Assembly (NCBI GenBank): GCA_025603075.1
Contig: MU626263.1
Span: 170,940-234,939, forward strand
DNA: 64,000 bases
Direction: 5' to 3'
Source of the DNA: Neoconidiobolus thromboides FSU 785
Lineage: Eukaryota > Fungi > Entomophthoromycota
The notes below the pieces were generated by a model that was given only the letters and a program-made list of their open reading frames with translations, was not told the DNA's origin and ran no database searches. The position numbers and the translations under genes were made by a program. Below, piece by piece: positions 1 to 12,671 of the stretch; the first letter of the stretch is position 1; the number at the start of each line of letters is the position of its first letter.

Positions 1-264
1 TTTAATTTTGTTTAATTTAGGAATGTTTTTTATCCTCATTGTTTTGTTTATTTTTTAATATTTAAAACTGGATAATTTGCTTATAGATTTTTATAGACAT
101 TATTGTATATCTTATAAAAATAATATTGATACCAGAATCAAAGTCAAGTTTACAACAGTAACATATATTATGAAGGTTTTAAAGTTTTTAAGCCTAGTAA
201 TGTATCACTTTATAATTTAATATAAGGCTATAAAGCTTTTTAAACAAATATAAAAGGAATGATA

Positions 265-364
265 TGGAAGTGTTTTTTTGACTTCATTGTTTTTTCCATT
301 TTTCAAGCAGTATTTAAGCGGAAAATTTGTTAGTAAAATTCTTGAACACAAAAATACATCCTCA
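265..364 (+). mobile_element. ~100-bp MITE family A copy
   Basis: TGGAAGTG...CATCCTCA termini flanked by TA; internal sequence matches the other copies (GACTTCATT...TTTTCCATTTTT...GGAAAATT...AAATTCTT). Confidence 0.8.
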
Positions 365-527
365 TATTATAATAAAGTTTAAAAATAGTTTATTTAAAAA
401 TAAAATAAAAAAAACTTTAATAAACAAATAAAGATGAAAATAATTTTATTTATATTTAACATAATATTATCAATTTTGATAATAATTCTAGTATTGTTTT
501 TTTATTTTTAAAGATAACAAAAGCATA

Positions 528-627
528 TGGGGATGTGTTTTTGTATTTAAGAATTTTATTAATAGCTTTTCCACTCAAATAGCCCTTAAAAAATGGAAAA
601 AGTAATGAGGTCAAAAAAACATCCCCA
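528..627 (-). mobile_element. MITE family A copy
   Basis: TGGGGATG...CATCCCCA inverted termini; reverse orientation of the consensus. Confidence 0.85.
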
Positions 628-1334
628 TGCTTTTTTTAAAATTATAAACATTTATATTATTGTATCAATTAGAAAATTACTGTACTATAAAAGTTTTAAA
701 TAAATGAAATGATATTTTATCTTATATCATTTTATTAAAATAGTGATATTTATAAAATAGTTGTTTTTTTAAACTAATTTAATAATATAAATACAATATC
801 ACAATGAGTATATATGTTTTTTGAATACTTATCAATAAATTTAAGATAAATTATAAAATGGCATACAAAAAATAACATGAAATTAAAATCTTAACTTTTT
901 CATATAAACAATTAATTTTTATTATAGACAAATTTAATACCAAAGTTTTTATTTAACTTAATAATTTGTAATTTTTATTTAGTCTAAGTCATCTATAATC
1001 ATTCTTACATTTAAAAGCATCAACTAAAAAACAAGCTAAATAAAAGTTGCTATTAAATCAAATAATAATATCCAAGTAATTTTTAAACTAACTATAGAAT
1101 CCGTTTTTTTTACTTATACCTCTATGCATAATATTAGCTTTGAACATTTTACTACTTATTTTTAAAAATAAATAGCTTAAAGTTACAAATAGCTTATAAC
1201 AATAATTTAATAAAATTGTATAGCAAATTAACCAGACTTTTATCTTACAAAATATCTGAGTCAAAAGTGTTATCGTTTATTAATTAACAAACCATTATCA
1301 AAAAAAAATTTATATAGCATTTAAATAACTTATC

Positions 1335-1902
1335 TTTGTGAAATCTGGTACTCAGTGATTCGAGCCAAATGTAATTATTGCTTGTTGAATGTGGGGATAT
1401 TTTTTTTGGCTTCATTACTTTTTCCATTTTTCAGACACTATTTGAGTGAAAAGATTATTAATAAAGTTCCTAAACAAAAGAACACATCCCCATATGCTGT
1501 AAGTCGAGAGGTCTTAGTTTATGTGACTAAGTTAGATTTGGATTATGAAGAATAGCAAATAATATGCTACATAATATGTAAGATAGATAGAATAGACAAT
1601 ACTACTGTAAAATCTACGTAAAATACTACTAAGAAAATTTAGTGGCTTTATTAAATGTAATAGATATCAGGGAATAATTGGGTTAAAAAGCCTCAAGTTA
1701 TATTTCAAAATCTCTTTTATATTCCGACAAGTATGGATATTAAAATGAGAAGATGATGTTCTTTCGAATGAAGTTGGAAATTCACACATCAAATCAAAAT
1801 AAGGGTTTGAAATCAATTGTCTCCGAGCTCGAGAACACAACTTAAGTGATTATTATGCTATAATCAATCATGGGGCTGATAAAGTAATATTTCGTATCTT
1901 AA
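1335..1902 (+). mobile_element. Truncated copy of foldback element family B (left arm plus spacer), interrupted by a MITE
   Basis: Aligns by eye to 51726-52195 (TTTGTGAAATCTGGTACTCAG...TCTTAGTTTATGTGACTAAG...CTCGAGAACACAAC...); the right arm is absent. Confidence 0.8.
1392..1492 (+). mobile_element. MITE family A copy nested in element B
   Basis: TGGGGATA...CATCCCCA; comparison with the empty site in the 51726 copy places the insertion at a TA dinucleotide. Confidence 0.88.
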
Positions 1903-2095
1903 AAGGATCAAGTAAATAGCTTTTGTTATTATCACATTCCTTAAGAGTAATTAAGCTATATCGCATTTAGTAATGTTTTTTAAGTTATGTTAGAAATGTT
2001 TTTTATACCTTTTATCCTTTATATTTTATTAAGTGCTTTAACTTTTAAATCTATAGACACTATTTTAAAAATAATCAATAAGCTTTAGTTTACAT

Positions 2096-2276
2096 AATGT
2101 TTTTTCGGCTTCACTTTTTCCATTTTTTAAATGCTATTTGAGTGGGAAGATTATTAATAGAATTCTTAAAAAGTACATGGGGATGTTTTTTTGGCTTCGT
2201 TATTTTTTCCATCTTTTAAGTGCTATTTGAGTGAAAAAATTGTTAGTAAATTCTTAAGTACAAAAATACATCCCCA
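2096..2276 (+). mobile_element. Tandem MITE family A copies (truncated 2096-2173 plus complete 2178-2276)
   Basis: Two successive matches to the consensus; the second has intact TGGGGATG/CATCCCCA ends. Confidence 0.8.
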
Positions 2277-2479
2277 TATCATCATAATATTTTAAAAAGT
2301 GAATATTGATTTAAATCTAACTTCATATTATTGAATAAATATTTGAACATAAAAAGAAGAAAAAGCTTGCCTGTTTTAATGATATAAACAAGCTTAGTGA
2401 TATTTATTGATAAATAAAAATAAAAATATTAAATAAAAGCAAGAAATAATAAAAACTCTAAAAACTCCCCTTTCATACA

Positions 2480-4380
2480 ACATAGTAATTTAAAGATGAT
2501 CTTTTTGTCCATTGGCTTTCATAAGAAAAGCTCCCAATATTCAAGCATTGCTATGGCATCAATGATAGCTAACTTATAATATATTTTTCTTAATAATCTT
2601 TCATTACAATATAGTAGCAAAAGTTGAATTTATCAACAACAAATTTTATCTCAAAAATTTTACCTTGGATATTTTTATTACACTTTTTTTGAGCGGCTGC
2701 AGTCATTGAGGTATTTAGCTGAAAGTCACTATTTAGATAAATGAATTGATGCTAATTTTTTTCATGGACTAATCAAACGGTCTGAATAGTGATATTTCTA
2801 CTCTCATTTTTGGCATTTGTTGAAATGTTTATCACTAACTTTAAGTGATGAATAAATTGCTCTTACAATAACTTTCAATCCATTATCTAGTAATAATATG
2901 CTATGAATTAATAGAGTTATTCCATCAGTTTACTCTTTATTCTTTATTCTTTATTTTTTATTTTTTATTTTTTATTTTTTGATACAACTGTACCTGAGAT
3001 ATTGTGTAATTATATTAAACTCAATTTATTTAAAAACCTTCCTTTGAATTGTTGTTAATTGATCTGAAGTTATAAAAAAGTTAAATTCAAGAATCCTAGA
3101 TCCATCATAATCTTATAAGATTGTTTGTTGCATTTTTCCTTCTAAAACATTTGGAGGATCGTGAGTGAGTACATTTTTAGTATTACTCGTTCCTTGAATA
3201 GTAGCGTTGAGTGCTTCTTGTTTGATTTCTCGAAAGTTAGAGACACTGGATTCAAAATTTTGTATTGATTATTTGCCTGGCATTTTTATTCAAAAATAAT
3301 CCAAAGATAGACCTAAAGTTTTCAATATTGAGTAAAGATCTAGAAATGTATAAAAGAGGTAAAGTCTATATTTTATTTTGAAAAAGTTAAACAAATTTAG
3401 TGGTACTTATCAACAAACTAAAATGTATCGCAAAGTGATAAATAAAAAAGTAGTCAGTAACTAAAACTCCAATATTTCCCTTCTCATATGAACAATTAAC
3501 TTGAGGATAGTCTCTTTACCTATTGGGTTCTCCAACTCAAGTTTTTTTAACTTAATCATTTCCACTCTATCAATAGAGGGAATGGAACCAATAAGCTCTT
3601 TTAAATAAGCTTCTATAATAATAGAATAGCAGAGATATACACCATCTCCCATAAACTTCATCTCAATAATTTTCATATCTTTAAACTGTTTTGTATTACA
3701 ATATTGTTGAGCTGCTTCAATCATTGAATAAGCTAATAATACATCTTCATCTAATTAAACGATTTTTCCTTAATGCTTTTCCCTGTAAATTAATTATACA
3801 ATTCGATTATTATCATTTGTGTGTTTATATGTGATCTTAGTTTCAAACTGTTGATGATCAATTTTGAATAGTTCATAACTTGGTTTCATAAATCAATTGA
3901 GCTCAATCAGTTATAAATCTTTGACTTTGTGGTATATTTGAACTTTGATCCTAATTTACTAACATATCTCGTAGTTGGTATAAGAGTCTTCTTTGGACGT
4001 TTATTGATTGGTTGGAAGTTTTAAAAAAACTGATCCAAGGGTCTCCTCTCCAGTATAATCTTTAGGATTAAACATTATGCTTCACCCTCAATAGGATTTG
4101 GAGGATTATAATTAAATATGTCTTTTATACCAGTTGTTTCTTGGATTTTTATGTTCAGAGTTTACTTTCCAACTATTCCAAATTTGGAGACATTGTATTG
4201 GAAACTTTTAGTTGGTGATCTACGTTGCATTTTTTGAGTTTTAAAGAAAATCAAAATATAGTTCAAGAATAAATTCCAGAATTAAAAAGTTGAAATCATT
4301 TTGGGGTAAGTTTATTTTCAATCCCCAAAAATAGGATTGGAAATGGAATTGGAATCCTCGACTACTATTGGTTGGATTGT
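2480..4380 (-). pseudogene. Possible decayed coding or transposon relic, unidentified
   Basis: More complex, less AT-rich sequence than the flanks; stop-interrupted reading frames on the minus strand, including ORF 3461-3724; no recognisable family motif. Confidence 0.25.
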
Positions 4381-4541
4381 TATTAAACTAACAAAAAAAA
4401 GCATTAATTTTTAATAGTAAAAATAAAATTATTTGTTTTTTTAAACTAATATAAATTTTAATTTAATATTAATTTTTTATACTATAAAAAGACAATATAA
4501 ACTTTGAATAACTATTAAAAAAGAGACACAGTTTTTTAAAG

Positions 4542-6750
4542 ATGGTACATAAGAGTAAGTTTATATAAAAGATTTATCGAACATCTGATTCTGAACTAAA
4601 TTTACTTAGAAAACCCAAGTAAACGTGTAACAACTCGTTTAAGAGCCAAGAACACTAAGAGAGCTGCTGAAAAAAAACGTAAAGATAAAAAAGAAGCTAG
4701 AATTAATCCACAAAGTAAAAGTAAGTTTTAAAAATACCCCATTAATACTATTATAACAATAACTAATCCAATTTCAAGAGATCAAGAAGGATCCTGGAAT
4801 TCCAAATTTATGGCCATTTAAAGAGAAGTTGATTCAAGAAATTGAAAAGAGTAAACAAGATAAAGAATCGGAACGAGCTGCTGCTAAAGAAAAGCAAAAG
4901 AAAAATTCATTATTAAACATGGTTAATGAAGCTAACAAAAGAAGTGAAGCATTTAATAAACAAGTTAAAAATAATGAAGAAGATGAAATGAGCGCTATGG
5001 ATCCTGCTTTAGTTGGTAAAAAAGACAATAGTCGTAAAGCTTACTTTAGAGAGTTTAAAAAAGTTATCGATAACTCCGATGTCATTTTGGAAGTATTAGA
5101 CGCTAGGGATCCACTAGGTTGTCGTACTAGAAATATAGAAAAATTAATTTTGAATTATCCTAATAAAAGGATTATTTTAATTTTAAATAAGATTGGTAAG
5201 AAAATAATTTATTAAATATTAAGAACGCAGATGCTTATATGTGTTTTAGATCTTATCCCTCAAGATATAGCTAATCAGTGGATTCTTTATTTAAGAAACG
5301 AGTTCCCAACTATTGCATTTAAAGCCAGTACCCAAAATCAACGTACCAACATTAGTCAGAAGAAAGGACATTTGAAGAACAAAACTATGGATGAAGTAAC
5401 CTCTACTTCTTCGAGTCTTGGAGCTGATTCCTTAATCAAATTGTTAAAAAATTACTCACGCAGTCAAAATATCAAAACATCATTAACTGTAGGTGTCATT
5501 GGTTACCCAAATGTTGGTAAAAGCTCCTTAATTAATTCATTAAAAAGAAGTAAAGTTTGTGGTGTTGGTGCAAGCCCTGGGTTCACTAAAGTAGCCCAAG
5601 AAATTCATTTAGATGCTAAATTAAAGTTGTTTGATTGCCCTGGTATTGTATTTGGTGGAAGTCAAGCTAATATGAATCCTGGGGATTTATTGTTACGTAA
5701 CTGTATTAAAGTCGAATTGCTTCAAGACCCTATTTCACCAGGTAAATTAATTAGTTTAAATGTGATAAATGACGTATTAATTTGATCGTTTAGTGGATTA
5801 TTTACTTAAAAAATGTGGGGCCCAAAATTTAATGATGCATTATAGCTTACCAGCCTTTAGAGATGTTAAAGGGTTTTTAGTTGAATTAGCTCGCCAACGT
5901 GGGTTTATCAAAAAGGTAAGTGAAATCATATAAGTTCATACTAATATTTTAATTTAACTCAATTTAATAGGGAGGTGTTCCAGATATTGAAGGTGTAGCT
6001 AAATTAGTCTTAAAAGATTGGAATAGTGGAAATATTTCTTTTTATACCTTACCACCAGAAAAGAAACAAAGTGCTACTAGTTCAAGTGAATTAGTTACAG
6101 CTTGGTCTAAAGAATTTAGTTTACAAGATTATGATGAATCGGTCAGTGCAGATAATTCTATAGCTAGTAAGAATAATAATAAAGCCATGGTTATGGTAAG
6201 AGGATTTTTTTAAAATTAATTGGGCTGGGAATTAATAGAATTTTGTTTTTTTAGGAATCTACTTTTGGCGAAGTTGAAAATGAAATTGAAAATGAATTTT
6301 TAGAAGAAATGAATATGGCCGAAGTCATTGATGATGATGATGCTATCAGTGCTAATGATGATAGTGAAGAAGAAGAGGATGAAGAAGAAGAAGAAGTTGA
6401 AGTTAATAAAATGATAATGACAGTATCGGTAGGTATATAATATACAACAATAATATAAATATAATATGATATTAAATTTCTTTATTCTTAATTAGACTAA
6501 AAGTAAAAAAACTGGCGGAGTAGAAAAAAAGATAACTGCCTCTGAAATAAGTATTGATAGTCAATTAAATCAAACAATTAAAAAACAAATGAAACAAAAA
6601 AATAAAGCATTACGTAAACAAAATCAACGTGCTGAAGAATTATTAGAAATGATGGAAGAAGAAGAAGAAGTTATGGGAAGTGATAGCGATGAGGATAATG
6701 ATGATTTTGATTTTGCTCAATTAGATGGAGGTTTGCCTATGGAAGATTAA
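4542..6750 (+). CDS. NUG1: Nucleolar circularly permuted GTPase Nug1/GNL3 (60S biogenesis), multi-exon
   Basis: Spliced N-terminus [18 protein letters not shown]; GN3L-type [16 protein letters not shown]; [15 protein letters not shown]4 NKID, G1 [10 protein letters not shown]3 DCPG; acidic C-terminus ending in TAA at 6748-6750. Confidence 0.95.
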
Positions 6751-7239
6751 AAGAGGAGAGTGATGTTTTGTAAGGAGGTTTTAAACTATAGAAATAAATA
6801 CAAGTTATTATTATGTAGATTTAAAATTATTATTAATGTTTAATTATATTTTATCTATAACAATAACTTAATTTTTATTAATAGCGTAAAGAATTGCTAA
6901 ATTTATTATCATTTATAAGTATTCTATCCAATTTTAAAGAATAGGTTAAATGATTAAAATGAGATGATAAAAATAGAGGGAGATAGTTAGTCAAAAGTTA
7001 AGCAGGTTTTTTTTAAAGAGTAAAGCTATAAAATAAAGTCTTCCCCTTTTATCATATACAATAGTTCAATCTCTAAAGGCTAATATATAACAACCAATAT
7101 CAGATATGTATTCTAAATTAACAATATAAATTATTTTTAGTTTATCATTTTATAATCTATAACATTATTTTTGAAGGGACAATTATCAAACTTATAGATA
7201 CATGTATTAAATATTTTAAAATTTTGAATGGACAAAATA

Positions 7240-7336
7240 TGGGGATGTATTTTTTGTTTAAGAATTCTGTTGATAAATTTTCCACTCAAATAATGCTCAA
7301 AAATGGAAAAAGTAATGAAACCAAAAAGCATCCTCA
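7240..7336 (-). mobile_element. MITE family A copy
   Basis: TGGGGATG...CATCCTCA termini, TA flanks, consensus interior. Confidence 0.85.
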
Positions 7337-7344
7337 TATATTTT

Positions 7345-7850
7345 TATTAAACCTAACACGCTCCAAGTCTAGTAAAGAGAGTTTAATACAGAGCAAATAG
7401 GAGCAGCAAGAAGCTATAATAATTATTCATTCAAAGAATAGATCGGGAGTAATGGACAAAGTCGAATCACCAGTCATCGAGATAAAATATTATAGTGTAA
7501 GTAAAGGGATACACAAACTAAGCTAATCAAGTGCCAAAGCAACAAATAATAAAATATGGGTGAGGGGCACACTTAAGATAAATTCACCAAACATCAATCT
7601 AATAAAGAATGAGTGCCTCTTCACTCAAACTAAGTTAATCTAACACCAAAACAGCAAAGGATCATAGCATAACACCAGGTACAACTGATCCAGTGCTACT
7701 TTAATAAATAATGATAGAAAGGCAGAAAAATAGTTATGATCAGGAAATTTGAATCACTAACGTAGGTATCAAAATCAGAGGATCAACAAAACAAAAGGTA
7801 TAACTAGTAGCATTGAGAGTAAAAGTTAAGGAAAGATAGAACGGTACTTT
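7345..7850 (+). mobile_element. Possible degenerate retroelement fragment
   Basis: Strongly purine-skewed stretch, richer in GC than its flanks, with stop-riddled frames; no diagnostic motif. Confidence 0.2.
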
Positions 7851-8274
7851 TTTTTTTGAAAAAAAATCCTGAGAATAAATATTTTGTAATCAATTTACTA
7901 ATTAAATAATAGAATTTTAAATTTGATGTGAACTACAGTTTGAACTTGGAGCTAAAATGGGTTCTAAAACTAAAAAGCAAATAGATTTTTGTTTTAAATT
8001 GCTTCTACTGAGAGCTGAAGTGATTAATTTTTGGTTGTATCAAGATATTTATAGATGATACTATGAGCCAAATGTTTGTTTGATTCTACTGAGAGATATA
8101 GGTAAGTTAATTTAAGAGATTAGTTAAATATTTAAGCTTATGAGTAAGGTGTTAAAATTGAATTAATATTAATTTGTTGTTTAATTCGAAAATATTGAAA
8201 ATAAAGATTTAAAAAATAAAACTAAAATTTGAGTAATATTTTTGATTTCCATTTGATATACTAATAGAAAAGAA

Positions 8275-10544
8275 ATGGTAAATTATATACAGCTCAATAA
8301 GTTCAATAGAAGTAAGTAATCATATAATTTAATTTAATTTTTAAATAGTAAACAAAACTATAGTATTTTATCGAAACATTATCCATTTAAAACAATTACC
8401 ATCAAGTCTTAACACCATTTCCAATGGCAATATTGAAAAAATAACCATCAATCTTGAGGGTAAAACAAAAGAAATTTCAAAAGGTAGTAAAGGAATAGAT
8501 TTGATACCAGTAAATTCTAAAGATAAAATTATCGGTTGTAAACTAAATAATGAATTTCAAAGTTTAAGAAACCCAATATCTCATCCTAACAGTAGTATCG
8601 ATTTCATTTATAAAAATCAATGGAAAATATCAGAAGAAAAACTAGATAAACAAATACAAAATAGTGTATTTACAACAGGTGGAATGGTGAGTATCTGTTC
8701 ATTATTAAATTATTGTTCTTTTAAGGATAAAGTGTTGTTGTTGGATTATGGTTTAAATAAAGAGAGTGAATTATTTTTTATAGATGTAGTGTACTTTGGA
8801 AAAGAGATTAAAAATAGAAATTTGAGTTTGGAAGAGTTGTTGAAAGAGAATAAAGATGATATTCAACTCAATTTTAATGAAGAAGAGATAAAAGAGTTGG
8901 AAAAATGCAACCAATATATATTAGATAATGGAAAATTAGAAGAGATGGGAAATGTAATGGATAGTGAAGAGATCAAAAAAAGTATTCATAATGATAATAT
9001 ATACACTAATAATAATATAAATAATAATGGAAATGTTGTTAGATTATTAGATCATTATTATTTAATAAACGAACCTATCATAAACCAAGTATCATCTATA
9101 AAAACAATTAAAATCGATAGCATAGAATTAATGCATTTACCTATTTCAGGTTATGAAACTGAACAAAAAAGGATACGAATCTATATCAAATCTTTTTTAT
9201 CTTCAAAAAATGAGCAAGAATATGAAAAACAAAAAGAAATATTAAAAAAGAGAGACCATCGATATATAGGTAAACAACAACAATTATATTTCTCGCATAA
9301 ATTAAGTCCAGGAAGTACCTTTTTCCTTCCAAATGGTTTATTTATATTAAAAAAATTAAAAAATTTTATTAGAAATAAGTACAATTTATTTAATTATCAA
9401 GAAGTACAAACACCTTTATTATTTAAAAAAGAATTATTTGACATAAGTGGTCATTGGCAGAATTATCAAAAGGATATGTTTCAAGTGAGCTCATGTTGTG
9501 GAAGTCATGAAGGGGGGGAAGAGGATGAAATTACTGGTTTGAAACCAATGAATTGCCCAGCTCATTGTTTAATTTTTGATTCAAAACCACGAATGGAATC
9601 TGATTTACCAATCAGATTAGCTGATTTTGGGACACTACATAGGTAATAATATTAGCATATAATAATTTCATTTAATTTATATAATAAAATATAGAAATGA
9701 AGCTTCTGGAGCATTAACAGGTTTAACTCGAGTACGACAATTTCATCAAGATGATGGTCATATCTTTTGTACCAAAGAACAAATCAATAGTGAAATTTCC
9801 AGTACTTTAAAAATGTTGAAAGAAGTATATACAGCATTAGAATTACCCAATTATGACTTAACCTTATCAACCCGTCCTACAGAGAACTTTATTGGTGATA
9901 TAGAAACTTGGAACTCTGCCGAAACACAATTAAAACAAGCATTAGATGATACAGGTTTACCATGGAGTGTCAAAGAAGGAGATGGTGCTTTTTATGGCCC
10001 AAAGATAGATATTATGATTAAGGATAATTATAATCGTTCACATCAAACAGCTACTATTCAATTAGATTTTCAATTACCTAGTCGATTTAATTTAAAGTAT
10101 AGAACTCAAGAAAATGAATGGAAAACACCTGTCATTGTACATCGTGCTATTTTTGGGTCTTTAGAAAGAATATTTGCTATATTAATAGAGAATTATGCTG
10201 GTCGATGGCCATTTTGGTTAAATCCAAAACAAATTATCATGTTACCTTTTAATGATAAAGAAGTGATAGAATATACAGAGGGAAAAATGAAAGTTTTGGG
10301 AAAAATGTATAAACAAAAATATTTTAGTGAGTTGAAACTGAATATTGATAATAGTAATAAAGCAATTTCATCCAAGATTAAACAAGCACAAATTGAACAG
10401 TTTAATTTCATGCTGGTAATCGGCAAGGAAGAGATGGAAAATGAAACATTGACTGTTAGATATAGAGATGGCAAAATAGTTAAGGGAGTGAATATGGAAC
10501 AGTTTGTAGATTTGGTATTTGAATTGAATCAACCTTATTTATAA
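8275..10544 (+). CDS. Threonyl-tRNA synthetase, probably mitochondrial (3 exons)
   Basis: RDHRYIG, GHWQNY, LKPMNCPAHC, LPIRLADFG.LHR/NEASG.LTGLTRVRQFHQDDGH, GAFYGPKID, TIQLDFQLP.RF, HRAIFGSLER and anticodon-binding domain; upstream exon ATG at 8275 splices in frame and gives a basic, presequence-like N-terminus. Confidence 0.92.
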
Positions 10545-11059
10545 GAATTAAGGGCATTTTGGTTTATTTTTAATACAAATACTTTTGTTTTATATGGAGT
10601 ACTTTAAGATATTAAAATACAGTGGGAAAAAACAGAATACTAAAAATAATAAAAATAATATAAAATAATTTTTAAAAAAAACTTGAAATCTCAATTTTAT
10701 TTAAAAGTTAGTTATTTTAATATCTGTCATATAAAGCTAATATTAAAAATATTCCGGTGATGTTTGTTTCAATATTTTTATTATTTAAATATTTATAATA
10801 GTATAAAAGAATAAAAATCAAAGTCTAACAAACTAAATTTAATCTAAAGTTTCTTTAATTAGTTTTTATTTTTAATAAAATTTTGGCTTTTTAATATTAA
10901 TACTAAACATAAGATACCTTAAGATTGATTTAAGTTTTTCTATATAATTGAATAACCTAGAATCAAATGAAATATTAAAAAGAATTATTACATCTCTCCA
11001 AGACTAATAGTGCTATGAGTTATCTTAGTTTATGGAGAATAAGAGTAATAAATTTTACA

Positions 11060-11157
11060 TAAAGATATCTTTATTATTTAAGAATTTTACTACTGATTTT
11101 TCCACTCAAATAACGCTTAAAAAATGGAAAAAGTAATGAAATCAAAAAATACCTTCA
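11060..11157 (-). mobile_element. Degenerate MITE family A copy
   Basis: Interior matches the consensus (TTTCCACTCAAATAACGCTTAAAAAATGGAAAAAGTAATGAA); termini eroded. Confidence 0.75.
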
Positions 11158-11304
11158 TACAAGTACTTCATTAACTCTATTTATAATTCTTTCACTCAAT
11201 AATGCTTTAAAAATGAACAATTGAATGAAGTGAAAAGTATATTTTTATTTTAATCTTATTTCAACTTGAAATTTCAGTTAAAACAGGTTTACTTTTAGTA
11301 TAAT

Positions 11305-11370
11305 AAAAGAAAAAGAAAAAGAAAAAGAAAAAGAAAAAGAAAAAGAAAAAGAAAAAGAAAAAAGAAAAAG
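11305..11370. repeat. (AAAAAG)n hexanucleotide microsatellite
   Basis: About 10 near-perfect units read directly. Confidence 0.95.
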
Positions 11371-11522
11371 CACGATTTAGATTTAAAAATTTGCTGAATT
11401 TTTATTTAATCAATAAATAAATTAAATTAACATATAAATATTACATATAACATATACAATTCATCTACAACTCAATATCTAACTTCTTATCTTTATCTCC
11501 CCTATTTCTAATATACCTCTGT

Positions 11523-12671
11523 TTAAATGGGCAAATTAAGATTCGGTGTAGTATTATAAAATGAATCTCTAATTGAATCTGAGCAATCAACTTTACCAAT
11601 ATAATATTGTGCCCATTCTTCAATACTTGCAGGAAATCCATCATTATTAAAATTTTTATGATTTTTTGGTGGTGGATCAAACGCTTCAATTTCTTCCATT
11701 TTGTGAAGATCATGTTCAGCAATAGTATGAGTAGAACCATCCATATAAGGAAAAATAACTTCAGTATCGGAAGTATTAATTTCAGTTAATGGGTTGAGGT
11801 TAATTGGAGTAGTTGAATTAATCATTATTGGGTTATTACCACTGTTACCACCACCTTCTTTATTACTTTGATTATAGAAATCTAAACTATTATTAAGATT
11901 ATTTGAATTACTACCCTTGGCAATTTGATGTAAAAAACGGACCATCCCTTTATCATAAATAACAAAATATAGATATACAATCCCCATTAAAGACCACATA
12001 TAAGTCAAAACAATAGCATGAGGGTCATACATAATAATGAATAATGTAAATAAATTAATTAAAAACAGAATCACAGTTCGGAATATATTAGTTTCAATTA
12101 TGATTTTATATAAATTATAACTTGTTGATTTATTTTGCAATTTTTTTAATTCCCTTGTATGTTGAAATAATGCTATTGTTATTGCAGTTGTTATAAATAA
12201 TTCCACTATAGCATCCATAGCTACATGAATAGTTCCACTATATAATTCTTGTATAAATACACAAGTACCATCTTCTTTAGGTGCACTAGTTGATAATACT
12301 AAATCAGAAATAGCTACTAAAGCTCGCATCACTATCAATCCTACTGAAAAAGCCAAGAATAATTTATTTCTTCCAGTGATTACTGAAATTCGATAAATTT
12401 GAAATGTTTCCCCAGACAACATTTGTAGATGAAAAGTAACTACTGAAAATTTAGCTGCAAACACACAACCAAAAGAACCTAGTTTTAAATATTGAACGAA
12501 ATTAGCTATACTTGTTAACCAAAAGAAAGAACTAATAAGTAAGCGTGAACGGGTTATTCGATTGTTTATAAAGATACATGAGTATAATGAATTGAAGGTG
12601 ATATGTGTGGCTATGGCTACAAAACAGCCTGCAAATCCAATTGCAAAGATAGAGACTGTATCAGATTCCAT
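11523..12671 (-). CDS. Orphan seven-transmembrane, GPCR-like protein (intronless)
   Basis: 382-aa ORF with about seven hydrophobic segments in the first ~240 aa, Cys at the top of TM3 and in the loop after TM4, and a long polar Asn-rich cytoplasmic tail. Confidence 0.75.
   Translation of the reverse strand: MESDTVSIFAIGFAGCFVAIATHITFNSLYSCIFINNRITRSRLLISSFFWLTSIANFVQYLKLGSFGCVFAAKFSVVTFHLQMLSGETFQIYRISVITGRNKLFLAFSVGLIVMRALVAISDLVLSTSAPKEDGTCVFIQELYSGTIHVAMDAIVELFITTAITIALFQHTRELKKLQNKSTSYNLYKIIIETNIFRTVILFLINLFTLFIIMYDPHAIVLTYMWSLMGIVYLYFVIYDKGMVRFLHQIAKGSNSNNLNNSLDFYNQSNKEGGGNSGNNPIMINSTTPINLNPLTEINTSDTEVIFPYMDGSTHTIAEHDLHKMEEIEAFDPPPKNHKNFNNDGFPASIEEWAQYYIGKVDCSDSIRDSFYNTTPNLNLPI

Noticed and set aside
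10615-10640. TACAGTGGG Tc1-like terminus (also near 42747)
   Set aside because: No matching inverted partner or transposase remnant was found.
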